The translations under genes were made by a program, and so were the position numbers. Under the pieces are notes generated by a model. That model worked only from the letters and a program-made list of their open reading frames with translations. It had not been told where the DNA came from and did no database searches. A DNA stretch of 64,000 nt from Tubulanus polymorphus (Eukaryota; Animalia; Nemertea): assembly GCF_964204645.1 (NCBI RefSeq), contig NC_134035.1:11378451-11442450 (forward strand). The letters are read 5' to 3'. Shown here piece by piece: positions 36,601 to 49,044 of this stretch. Position 1 is the stretch's first letter. Each line of letters starts with the position of its first letter.

Positions 36601-37347
36601 TTTTTTTTAAATAAATAAATCTTACTTCAGTCATTACGTATCTCATGAAAAATGATTACCCTTTAAACATGACTTGTTTTACTACGTAAGACACTCTGGG
36701 CATTTGTAGTAAAAATTTGTATCCAAAGAAATTAGTTAAGTAGTAAACCATTACTAACCTGTTCTTCAATCGTGTCCTTTTCTGTAACTGTTTTCGGGAC
36801 GTCTGGGAACGGGATTTCCTCAACCTGATTGTAAGCGGTTCTGTTCATTCCGGGAGCGACGGAGGCAGGCTTCACGAGTTTATAATCGTTGTGTCTGGTT
36901 CTGAATTCGACTCCGTTCAACACGGCTACGAATTCGCCCATGCCGACTGTACGAATGTGGTTTGAGTGATCGTGAATGGCAGCAGCTCGCCTGCCGCTGT
37001 ACGTCGTCGAAAAGTAGGTCTTGGTTCCTGAGGAATAAATCAAAAGGGTTTGGTTTAGTGACGCTGTCTTTATCTATGACGAATTCCTTTGTGGTTGTTG
37101 CAATTTGTAAATGATTACTTTGAAACTTACCCTGGCGAACGAGTCGTAGTTGTTTGATACCAGATTTACCATCGGATCTGATACGTTCTTCTACGAACAT
37201 TTGTTGTAACATCAACTGTCGCGAAATGTGGCTCATCGACTGTTCGACGTGTTTCAGTCGGGCGTCCAGAGATTCACTGACAGTTGAGTGTGCGGTAGCG
37301 GTCATCATGACCATAACAACCGCGCAGGACAACCAAGTAGAAATCAT
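33626..37347 (-). CDS. Array copy 2 (~567 aa; 9-aa deletion after the signal peptide)
   Basis: Same 10-exon structure; the exons I read are in frame. Terminal coding segment 33655-33626 = DSLRAKEEL*. Confidence 0.88.
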
Positions 37348-38116
37348 TATTGCTAAATCTAATTGAAATAAAGAGAAATGATGATTTCAGAGAGAGAAAA
37401 ATGCAATAGATGATTTTAAACGCAATTCCAATATATCCCATGAGTGCTCAGATCGGGGGTTATTCATATATAAGGTGTAGCCTCCATTCTTCTTCATCCT
37501 CATACAGACGACATTTAGTGATAAATCAAAAATTGTATCTTCGATATATAAGAACCGTTACGTGGTGTAACGTTCATGAAATAGTAAAGAATAATAAGAT
37601 AACATCGATGGAAAACTGTGAGTAAAATATATTAACTTTTCAAAACATTTTGTTTAAAAATCGTGTATCTTCCCGGTCTTATTTTACTCACCGTTCCTGG
37701 CTGCGATTTTCACGATATGTTAAATTTGATTATTTTACCGGAATCATATATAGGCGTCGTATCGATTTTGCTCGAAAACATGTGCATGAAAAGCAAACAC
37801 GAAAAATGTTTTTCTGTCGCTTAATTTTGAAAAATATCCCTAAGAGTGGCTGTGGGTGACCAAAACATTAAGCGATTTACTTCATTGGGCTCAATTGATA
37901 TTATTATATAATCTATTTAAATGCATATCATTTTTGTATGTTTATGTGCGATCTTTTATAATTTGATTGTTGATAAAGAAATAACAGAGGTTTCAAAGAC
38001 TAGTTTTATTTGGGGGATTATTCAATTATTGAACGTGTCAATCTGCTGTCTGGGGCGAGACGTTCCATTCTTCCCATTCTTCCAACCTCGATACTCCATA
38101 TACTTCACGTGTGTTC

Positions 38117-38464
38117 CATCCTCGCTTTCCAGGGTCCGATTGCCGCTCGGTGGAGCTAACGCCAATACAAACCCTGGCCGCAAACACTTCGTTGGTCTAT
38201 TACATCGCCCAAGATTTCTTGGGCGGACAGGTTCCCACTCAGCGCCACCGTCGAATCTAGCCAATCAAAGGCGTTTTTACCGGCACGAAGTTTGCTCTAT
38301 AAGTATCACGCATCTGATTGGCTAGATATATAGACTGGTGGCGCTGAGTGGGAGCCCGTCCGAGCAAGAAATCTTGGGCGATAGTCCAGTGAAGGGTTTG
38401 CGGCCAGGGTTTGTATTGTCGTGAGCTCCAGCGGGCGGCAATCAAACCCTGGCAAGCGAGGTTG
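38117..38464. mobile_element. 348-bp palindromic MITE sharing termini with family A
   Basis: catcctcgctttccaggg...ccctggcaagcgaggttg with long internal inverted arms. Degenerate 9-bp flanks cgtgtgttc / cgtgtgaat. Confidence 0.8.
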
Positions 38465-38611
38465 CGTGTGAATGGGACTATACCTTTAGACACTATGTAC
38501 TCTATTGGGGCAGAGAAACCCGGAAAAGGACAGTTATATAGGATATAACTTGCAAAAAGGGGACTTAACAAAATTTCTAGGGGACAACATTGCCCCTTGT
38601 TTAATACGGCC

Positions 38612-38832
38612 CTGATATCTATGTAAGGAGTTGACGTATCATTGCCCTTCCCGGCTCCCTTATCAATGTATGGAGTTGCATCATTGCCCTTACCGGCTCC
38701 CATATCCATGTATGGAGTTGCATCATTGCCCTTCCCAGCTCCCTTATCAATGTATGGAGTTGTATCTTTGCCCTTCCCGGCTCGCATATCCATGTATGGA
38801 GTTGTATCGTTACCCTTCCCGGCTCCCATATC
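38612..38832. repeat. 42-bp minisatellite (~5 units)
   Basis: tgtatggagttg(c/t)atc(a/t)ttgcccttcccggctccc(t/a)tatc(a/c)a repeated. Confidence 0.9.
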
Positions 38833-38916
38833 CGTGGCCTTGTGAATTGATCTTATGTTAGTTTCTATTCCTCACAGATTTTTTCTGTTTTAAAAAATCA
38901 TAGGAATAACATCAGA

Positions 38917-39586
38917 CTTCACATGTTTCACCCGAGACATTCTGAACTGAAAATTAGCGTACACAAACACCAGAAAATATCATTGATCAGCTTTTTTTTA
39001 GAGATTAATCGTCTACAAAATTCATAACGGAAGTTTGAGAGTCTACGGATTGTTAGGTTACACTCGGTTACAGTTGGTGGCTATAGTCTGCATTTTATAT
39101 GATTATATCTCAAACGATATATTACTGAAAAATAGCATATGCTAGTCTGGTATCGATTATGCGTGAAAACACGTGTCGTGGGTGCAAACATGGGTGAAGC
39201 TTTGTAAGGTAAGGTACTTGTTTCGAGCAAATACCATGAGGAATTTTATGAATTTAGCTGCAAAGCATCGACAACAAAGCATATCATTAGTTCCGAACAA
39301 ACATTATTTTTCAGCTATATCTATTGATTAGAACTTGAGACAACGGCTGCACCATTTTTGCTTTGCAACTAAGTACCTTACAAAGCATCATCCATGTTTG
39401 CACTCAGGACACGTGTTTTCGCGCATAATCGATACCAGACAATCATATGATATTCTTCAATAATCTACCGTTTGAAATATTATTACATAAAATGTAGACT
39501 ATAACGACGATGCTGATCAGTGATATTATCCGATGTTTGTGTACGCTCATTTTCAGTTAAGAATGTCTCGGGTAGAACACGTGAAG
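38917..39586. mobile_element. ~670-bp foldback MITE
   Basis: cttcacatgtttcacccgagacattctgaactgaaaat... versus ...ttttcagttaagaatgtctcgggtagaacacgtgaag. The internal arms are also inverted (39140-39220 vs 39370-39440). Confidence 0.75.
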
Positions 39587-40385
39587 CTAAATAATCTAGT
39601 TGCTCGACACCAAAACACGATTCAATTGCTTACTAAACACATAGATTACTTTGTAGTCACTGGCCAGTACTGGTCAAGCATTGTTCAGTTAAACAGTCTC
39701 TAGATTAATGCCTAAAAATAATGCTACTGTGGGTTATGAATTTACGACCCAGGAATGAAGCTTGGGATGTGCACTCGATCGACTATTCACTATAACGTCT
39801 TTATTCCTACTAAGAACTCCTACATCAGTTAATCTCATGGACGGTGTGAGCGGAAGTTGCGGTCAGAGAAGATGTTGCTGCCGGATCTGGGAGAGAGCGA
39901 GTAACGCGCTAATCTCTTTGTACTGAGGGAATTATTCACAGTTTCCATGTTTAAAATTCATTCCATTTCTTCGATAAAGAATACATCGATTTATGAATAA
40001 ACAATTTAGTAGAAAATAGGTTCGAAATCCCTGCCGATTAAATATAGCGCCATCGATGCGAATCTTTAAAAAGGTTATATCCTCGCCAAGAACTGAAAGG
40101 ATTCGAGTATTAAGAAGTAATCCTCTTACAAAGAAGGCAGCTAGGTTTCGTACCGAACGGGTTCGTATCCCTGCCGAGGGAGGATGACGCCATCATCGAA
40201 ACGAATGTTCAAAAAAGGTTATCCTCGTCGAAAAATTACAAAACTTCGAATCCTAACAAAACAGGTTGTCATCGTCCAAGAGCTCTGTAACAGATGTAAG
40301 GGTAAAACTTCCTCAAATCTACTAGATTAGATCTATATTGAATGACGTGAACGCGTTAGTATTTCCATTGTGTACTCATTTATTA

Positions 40386-41947
40386 CGTTATAAAGACTAT
40401 AAGCGCATCTTATGTAAATTACTACGGTTGGCAGAAAAAAAATTATTATGAACGTAAATTGCATTTTTTCAAAGGTAACATGAAAGGTACTTGGAATGTC
40501 ATCAACTCGTTTATTGGAAAATCGTCTAGGAACTCAAAGTTACCAGATGTTTTTTATTTGAATGGTTCTGCCGTTAGTGGTTCTTATGATATTGCCAATG
40601 AATTTAACTCTTTATTTGCTAATGTTGGCCAAAATATGGCGAATTCTATTCCAGATTCCGGAGTTAGTTTTGAAAATTATTTAAGCCGTCCAATAGCGGA
40701 AAATTTTTTCTTCTTCCCAACTAACGCTTATGAGATCGCTGACATTATGAATAGTTTTTCAGCAAACTAGGGGATCGGTATCAATGAAATCTCAATGAAA
40801 ATTATTAAGAAAGTTATTGACACAATCAAAGACCCAATTTCCCATATATTTAATTTTTGTTCCGTTTGAACTAAAAATCGCCAGAATTTGTCCACTTTAT
40901 AAGAAAGGTGACGCACATTGTTGTGATAATTATCGACCTAATATCAATCCTACCCTGTTTCTCCAAGATTTTGGAAAAAAATGTATATAACCTCATTTTG
41001 TGATAAAATCTCAATCTTAGATAGCAACCAGTTTGGATTCAGAAAAAAACCACTCAACAACAATGGCTTTGACTCAGATTATAGATAAAATTTCAGCTAA
41101 TATTGAATCTAAAACACCATCGATTGGGATATCTTTAGATCTCTCCAAAGCTTTTGATTCTGTCAATCATAGCATTGTACTACATAAATTAAACCATTAT
41201 GGTATAAAAGGTAACGCACTGATGTGGTTCAAAAACTACTTGAGTGACATATTGTTCAAATTGAAGCATTTAAGCATTTAAATGAACTTCGCTTAGTATT
41301 GGTATTGGAGTGCCCCAAGGTTCTATCGTAGGTCCTTTGTTGTTTCTAATCTATATGAATGACTGTACAAATTCATCTGATATTTCAAATTTCATTTTGT
41401 TCCTTGATGACACGAATTGTTTCTATTCCGTAAAAATATTAATCGTCTTGTTAATACTGTCAACTGTGAGTTATCAAATCTTGTAATCTGGTTTCGTGCC
41501 AATAAGCTATCTATTAATATAAAAAAGACATCTTACATTATATTCAGTAAGTCGTATATTGGTAATACACAAATCTCTATTGATGGCCAGGATATTGACC
41601 GAGTCTCGAGTATTTCAACGTAAATATCTAAAATTCCTTAAATTATCGTGATTATGTATTTTGAACTTCCATGTTGTATTTTTTTTATGTTTGAATGCAT
41701 TCACTGATGCAGCGTGCGTGTGTGTATACGTGTGGTGCTTGTAGTGTGCATGTGTAAGAGTGAATTTGTATGTATGTTAATTTTTTTCTTTTGGGGTGGC
41801 ACGGCTCCGATAGATCTTTGTGATCTCTCTGTGTAGCCCGCATTTTCTTGTTACATTTTTTCACTGTATATTATACAATATCAATCATGTAATAATGTAA
41901 CAACCAAATGATAAATAAATACTACTATACTCTACTAAGCTTATACG
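40386..41947 (+). mobile_element. 5'-truncated, degenerate CR1/L2-type LINE (ORF2 RT remnant plus 3' tail)
   Basis: RT motifs YRP-SILPCFSKILEK, QFGFR, LDLSKAFDSVNH, GVPQGS-VGPLLFLIYMND and DDT, broken by stops and frameshifts. Ends in an aataaataaatactacta tail. The empty site is visible in copy 4 (tttattatcaatccagc). Confidence 0.9.
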
Positions 41948-41972
41948 ATTATCAATTCAGCTACATTTAGAT

Positions 41973-42074
41973 TAGTTAGTTACCTAATCGTTGGTGGTAA
42001 GATTTTTATAATCGGATGGGCTCATACGAACTTATATGTGGTTTGTGAAACTAAACCAGTCAGGTTACCGACTA
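41973..42074. mobile_element. 102-bp internally deleted derivative of family B
   Basis: tagttagttacct...caggttaccgacta with TSD catttagat (41964-41972, 42075-42083). Inverted relative to 22125-22970. Confidence 0.88.
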
Positions 42075-42148
42075 CATTTAGATATGAATTTTTAACGTAT
42101 CTATTGTCGATCTTCTTTCTTCCGTGCACAGCACCTCCAAATAATCAT

Positions 42149-45100
42149 CTACAATTCTTCTTTCGCTCGTAACGAATCCTGAAATGGTTTGAATTTTCGT
42201 TACATCATTTTTAAACTTGCAACATTTCTAGAGATTAACTTCCTGGTCCAAAAGATGTGAATTAGAATTCTTATCATGAAATTGTCTAACCGAGAAGGAA
42301 CTGAACTTATACTTCCGAGTCAAATTACGTAACATATAAATCAAAAAAACTGCGCAAAGATATTCGAATTCAAGTATTTTCTAGTTATAGATGGTGGAAA
42401 TGTTGAAAATTATATTTTATGAATCGCTTACCTGAAGTGCTTCGATTTTCTTCCAGCAAACGCTACCTTCCTGGTGAATGGGCATGATCGGGAATCGTAA
42501 CCGAACTCTACGGTCGATACCTGCATTTATATTTATAAGAAATATCACATCATTTGAAGCATTTTTGAACATTGCATTTATCGCAAGGACAGTTGTTGAA
42601 TATCTAAATTACCTGGAATAGGCGGCAATAAAAGCTTCGCTCCAGATGCGACAACCTTTTGAGGCACACCCTTATTGTCTTTGATGTACATGAAGCCGTT
42701 TGAAGTGTCGGCCGGGTCCCCGCTGTATCCGTTAGATGCGTAGAATTCTAAAGGAGTTAGGTTGTATGTCTCCCTCGAAGCGTGCGCCAAAGCATTACCC
42801 GGTTTCTTTCCAATACCCGGTGAGGTTTTTGGGTCCTCGTCATGCTTTTTATTTAAATGAAGTTATATATATGTTGAGATATAGTATCGCTATGATATAA
42901 ACTTTATTCATATGAACTACCACGAAATGGCACATATATAGGTGAATGACGATGGAATAAAACGGAATTGGACGAAAAATCATTTTTCTGAATGAATGAA
43001 ATTAATTCATTAGTTGTAACTTTGTTTTATATCATAACATTATTCATCGATTTCACATTGTACAGTGTTGCAATCTATTTCTGAAATAAATAAGATGAGA
43101 ACCATAAACGAAGAACTCATTTCATTAGCATTATTACCTTGTAAGCAATATTGTGGGGATTCCAGCTGTTAAGCGGAGTCAGATAGACAATTTCCAACGG
43201 TATCGCGTACGTGAACCTCTGTTTGACTTGCACGCATTTCTTTTTCTGGCAGTATTCGGCCTGGGGAAAAACATCGAACAAGATTGTAACGAAGCAAAAT
43301 AAAGAGTCGCCCAAGCATTATGTACACCCAAATTGAGATTAAGTATATGCGGTTAAAGTACTGCGTGATTTGGGTTTTTAAATTACTTATACGTGATGGA
43401 AAAATGATACAAAAGCCGTTCGTTAAGAATAACCCCAAAAATGTATCGATAAAATAAAAGTGATAATCGTCACACTCCTCAACGATCGACGTTTTGAATA
43501 CATAGATTAGGTCATTAGTTTTCGATGAATCTTTCACCATGTCGTACTGCTCCGTACGAGTTTTTTCTAACCTCAGCTGGTGCTATTTTTTCCTGCGTGG
43601 TCGAAGCCGCGAACAAACTGTCGTCGTCGAAACCGCGGTGTTGGAATCTAGATCCCATAGCGTCCCGGTCACCGGTGAACCATCTGTGATAATACGCCGC
43701 ATTCAAATCTTTTTCTGGTTCAACGAATGACTGTAAAAACAAGGAGATCTTTTCATGAATTAGTGGAAACATTTTTTTTTTCAAAACGATTTTCTGCAAA
43801 TATTTCTTAAAGGTGGGAAGGGGCATTTGAAGAAAATGAATCGTGGAACGTGAAAAACCGATGGTCTAATCCATCGAGAGCTTCTTTAAAACTGACTTTG
43901 GCGCGACTTCCACTGATTTCGTCATCGACCATGAAGGCGCCGTAACCGTCTTTACCCGGGATTTCAGACATCAATTTATCGAGAAAATCAGTTCGATTAC
44001 TGCCCTCTTCCCATGAGGCTTCGTCTTCAGGTGCGAGCTTAGAAAAAAGAAAGTATCATCAGTATCAATGACAGTGTTGTTTATACGTTATTCATGTAAA
44101 ATATTTTTCTAAAACAAAAGTCAATGAGTTTTTGATCAAGACAAATCGTGAACATTAAAGATTACCAGGAGTTGTCAGGAGTATTACCTTATATCGGGCA
44201 GCTCTAGACATCTCGTGTTGTTTGATATCATGTTTATTTGCCATTCTGACGTCTAAATCATCGACGAGTGCAAATCGTTTTGTCGATAAATAGTTCTTCA
44301 GCGGGTGACATAAAATTCGATAGTTCCATTGCGCCAGAATCGGGACGCCGTTCACTACTTTAGTAATCGTAATCGGCAGGTAGGCGAATTTCTCAAATTG
44401 ATCTTTTCGTCCAGTGTACGATGAATATCTTACCTAAACAAGGAATCGGAAAATATCTATTTGTTAAGTTGTTCTATAAACGAGAACAGAAAAAAGGTTT
44501 TCATACAGCTCGTACTTTTTCCTGAAGATCAAGCCACGACGAGGCGTCCAGATGGTGTCGGTCGCTATCGAACGATTCGTCGATGGTGCCTTCATCAGAT
44601 ACAGTCCATCCTCCTTCCAGAAAACACAACAACGGCTTGAAATATTCCTTGTAGTTTCTGTGAGTTTCGTCTTGTTGATCGAACGCCTTGAAATATTCCC
44701 TCATCTCTTGAATCTGTAATATTTGTAATGATCAATGTGAGTTGGTCGGGGTTTTTCGATGATTAGATTTTTAAAGCAATTTGCGTAAAGGCTAAGCGCC
44801 CGAAAGAGTTGGAAAACCGCTTTGTTCCCGTTCTTTCAAACGAAATACCTGATATCTATGATCGCTTTTTTCTAGATAAATCTTACTTCAGTCATTACGT
44901 ATCTCATGAAAAATGATTACCCTTTAAACATGACTTGCTTTTTATGACGCAAGACACTCAAAGCATTTGTAGTAAAAATTTGTATCCAAAGAAATTAGTT
45001 AAGTAGTAAACCATTACTAACCTGTTCTTCAACCGTGTCCTTTTCTGTAACTGATTTCGGGACGTCTGGGAACGGGATTTCCTCAACCTGATTGTAAGCG

Positions 45101-45610
45101 GTTCTGTTCATTCCGGGAGCGACGGAGGCAGGCTTCACGAGTTTATAATCGTTGTGTCTGGTTCTGAATTCGACTCCGTTCAACACGGCGACGAATTCGC
45201 CCATGCCGACTGTACGAATGTGGTTTGAGTGATCGTGAATGGCAGCAGCTCGCCCGCCGCTGTACGTCGTCGAAAAGTAGGTCTTGGTTCCTGAGGAATA
45301 AATCAAAAGGGTTTGGTTTAGTGACGCTGTCTTTATCTATGACGAATTCCTTTGTGGTTGTTGCAATTTGTAAATGATTACTTTGAAACTTACCCTGGCG
45401 AGTGAGTCGTAGTTGTTTGATACCAGATTTACCATCGGATCTGATACGTTCTTCTACAAACATTTGTTGTAACATCAACTGTCGCCAAATGTGGCTCATC
45501 GACTGTTCGACGTGTTTCAGTCGGGCGTCCAGAGATTCACTGACAGTTGAGTGTACGGCTGCGGTCATCATGACCATAACAACCGCGCAGGACAACCAAG
45601 TGGAAATCAT
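42149..45610 (-). CDS. Array copy 3 (~567 aa)
   Basis: Same 10 exons, open frame. Terminal coding segment 42178-42149 = DSLRAKEEL*. Carries several private amino-acid changes. Confidence 0.85.
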
Positions 45611-47121
45611 TATTGCTAAATCTAAGTGAAATAAAGTGAAATGATGATTTTAGAGAGAAAATTTAATTCTCGATATGTAAGAACCGTTACGGGGTGTAAC
45701 GTTCATGAAATGTAAAAAATATACCTCATTCTTATGTACCCGGGAACTCGGGTAGATTTTATTTGTAAAATACACTTTCGCAATTGGTGAATTCTTTGAA
45801 TAATCAAAAGACCACGTTGTTTTAAAGTCGATTGAAAATTGAGTAAGGATTCGGAGATGATAGATTTACTTTTCATTTGTAAGAATAGCAAGATAACATC
45901 GATGGAAAACTGTGAGTAAAATATATTAACTTTTCAAAACATTTTGTTTAAAAATCGTGTATCTTCCCGGTCTTATTTTACTCACCGTTCCTGGCAGCGA
46001 ATTTCACGATATGTTAGATTTGATTATTTTACCGGAATCATATATGGGCGTGGTATCGATTTTGCTTGAAAACATGTGCATGAAAAGCCTTAAATTATGC
46101 GAGCATTAAGTTCAAAAACTAGTTATAAAAATCAGTCATAGCTTAGCAGCGAAAAAAAAAGTTTGTAGACAATATTATGACCTTTCATATGATACCAGGT
46201 TTGAATATTTAAGTGACAAAGCATTGGTCAGTATTTGTTAGATTCATCAGATTCGGGACCAGGACTTGGCCTTGAGAAGGGTTTGATTTTCGTCGTCTAT
46301 ATCATAAATATCATCTGAACTTTTTTATCAAGTCACTGGATTCACTGTCTATTAGCTCTAAATCATCGTCTCCAAACTCATCATAAGCAAAGATTTATTA
46401 TAAAACCTGATCTGTATTCATGATTTTACCTTATTTATTTCGAAAAAATGACAAATTTTGACTCAATATTGCTCCAATCGATTTAGGTCCGTCTGTAGAG
46501 TTTCCAGAACCTGTCATGTCAGGGCCCAAGACCTGACATGATGGGACCTCAGGTGACAGGTTGATTCGCTAAAATGAAAATCGTTATGACTGAACCGAAG
46601 ATAGGCGATTAGAAGACATGATAGGCGCGGATTTAGAACACATGATAGCCGATGAGAATACAAAGAACATATCGTAGTGCTTTCTGAATATATTATTCAA
46701 AAACAAAAAACAAACTAGGATTATGTTATGAATTCATTTAAGAATTTATGTTTGTCCGTTTATAAAAAGTTGTTGAACTATATCGCCTTGTATATATAAC
46801 AATAAAGGTGCAATGATTGTGACTTATTTGAGAACATTGAAAGAATTGTTTACAATTAATTTATTTTTTTCTTGTAACATGAAACATAAACATATCAAGA
46901 TCAGGCAATGATACCAGTAGTGCCTTTTGTAATCATAATCAGCATTAATGATAATCATTATACTCATTATAATTAGACCCTCTATTATTACATATTATTA
47001 TTATTGATTACTCGCAATATAATTAATTCACCAAGAGCACATACAATTTAAAAACATTTTTGTTCTAAACTTATAAGTTGAATTAGACACATCGTAGTTG
47101 CGATAACACTGATTAATTAGT

Positions 47122-47935
47122 GAGACCTCACACGGCAGCTCGCGCCATTTTGAAGAGCTTCGGGACCTGTGGTGACAGGTCTGCTTGAAAACTGATGAAA
47201 TAAAGGAAAACTTTAAATTCTTTGGTCTATTCATAGTAATGAGTATAACATAAATTGCTAACCGATGGATATAGTTAATCTTAAGTTAATATAAAACAAT
47301 AATTTTGAAGCGAGACCTCACACGGCAGCTCGCGCCATTTTGAAGAGCTTCGGGACCTGTGGTGTCAGGTCTGCTTGAAAACTGATGAAATGAAGGAAAA
47401 GTTTAATTTTTTTGGTCTAGTTAATCTTAAGTTACTATAAAACAATAATTATGAAGCGAGACCTCACACGGCAGCTCGCGCCATTTTGCAGAGCTTCCCG
47501 GGACCTGAGGTGACAGGTCTGCATTAAAACTGATGAAATGGAAAAAACTTTACTTTTTAAAACCTATATATAGTAATGAGTATAATATGAGTATAATATC
47601 AATTGCTAACCATAGATAGAGTTAATCTTAAGTTACTATAAAACAATGATTATGAAGCGAGACCTCACACGGCAGCTCGCGCCATTTTGCAGAGCTTCTT
47701 GAGACCTGTAGTGACAGGTCTGCATTTAAAATGATGAAATGAAGGAAAACTTTAATTCTTTGGTCTCTTTATAGTAATAAGTATGATATATATTGCCAAC
47801 CATGGATATAGTTAATATTAAGTTACTATAAAATAATGATTATGAAGTGAGACCTCACACGGCAGTTCGCGCCATTTTGCAGAGCTTCGGGACCTGTGGT
47901 GACAGGTCTGCATTTAAACTGATATGAATGGGAAA
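47122..47935. repeat. Satellite-like tandem array, 5 units (periods 190, 146, 201, 190 bp)
   Basis: Units start gagacctcacacggcagctcgcgccattttg at 47122, 47312, 47458, 47659 and 47849. Confidence 0.92.
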
Positions 47936-49044
47936 AACCTTCATGCTTTAAATTGATGAGTTGATTTAAAATCAGTCTCTATATTGCATTTGGCTCTTTT
48001 ACATGTACATCATAAAAACAATGATTATTATAATTATTAGTGTGACTTCAGGACAGTGATCGATGCCGAACTGGATAGTAAGCAGATATTTTTCAGTGTC
48101 TTATTGTGGGAACGAAATATCAAGACCTCGATTCACCTATCGAAAATATTCTCTTATAATGTTCTCTCAACTTCTACATTAAATAATTCATCTATGCCTG
48201 AAACTTTTTTCCCTTTCATAAAGAAATAAGTCATAGTTAAACACATAAATATTTTCTTCTTATAAATCAACCTTTCAAATGAATTATTAGTGCAGAACGT
48301 TTTCCTTATCGAATCATTTTCGACATATACGACGGGTCAGAATATTCATTCAACTCAAAATGTTCTTCCATTCGTCTAGCGCATGCCTATATATTTCGGC
48401 GTTTCGTCAAATATTGTCGTGAGTTTGGGTTTTTTCATTCAATTGCTCAAAAACAATGAATTCCAACCATCAACAATTTTCATAGACTGGTTACCGGTCT
48501 CTATCTTCAATTAGATATTGAATGGGACATGCAACCAGTCTAAACTTTTACGGCGAATAATCGACAGAAACGCCATCTACCGACTAATCATGTGCTATGA
48601 TGAAAACCTGTAGGTGAAACGACGATAATTTACACTTTTCACAGCACACGCCGGGGCTCTGTACTGTAAGGATTCGAGTATTAAGAAGTAATCATCTTTC
48701 AAAGAAGGCAGCTAGGTTTCGTACCGAACGGGTTCGAATCCCTGCCGAGGGAGGATGACGCCATCATCGAAACGAATCTTCAAAAAAGGTTGTCCTCGTC
48801 GAAAGATTGCATAACTTCGAATCCTAACAAAACAGGTTGTCATCGTTCAAGAGCTCTGTAACAGATGTAAGGGTAAAACTTCCTAAAATCCACTAGATTA
48901 GATCTATATTGAATGACGTGAACGCATCAGTATTTCCATTGTGTACTCATTTATTATCAATCCAGCTATACATTTAAATATGACATTTTAACGTATCTAT
49001 TGCCGATCATCTTTCTTTCATGCATCGCATCTCCAAATGATCAT

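Noticed and set aside
38257-38861. Repetitive ORFs (MGAGKGND..., and the two + strand frames)
   Set aside because: The 42-bp unit is a multiple of 3 and is open in several frames, and it runs into a MITE. No evidence of coding.
40140-40200. tRNA-like ggttcg(a/t)atccc motifs (also ~33346, ~40019, ~48730)
   Set aside because: Only an isolated B-box in decayed repeat-like DNA that was duplicated with the array flank. No tRNA fold.
47122-47935. CRISPR-like array or hammerhead (ctgatga...gaaa) repeats
   Set aside because: The intervening sequences are homologous to each other, there are no cas genes and the context is eukaryotic. Hammerhead stems I-III cannot form.
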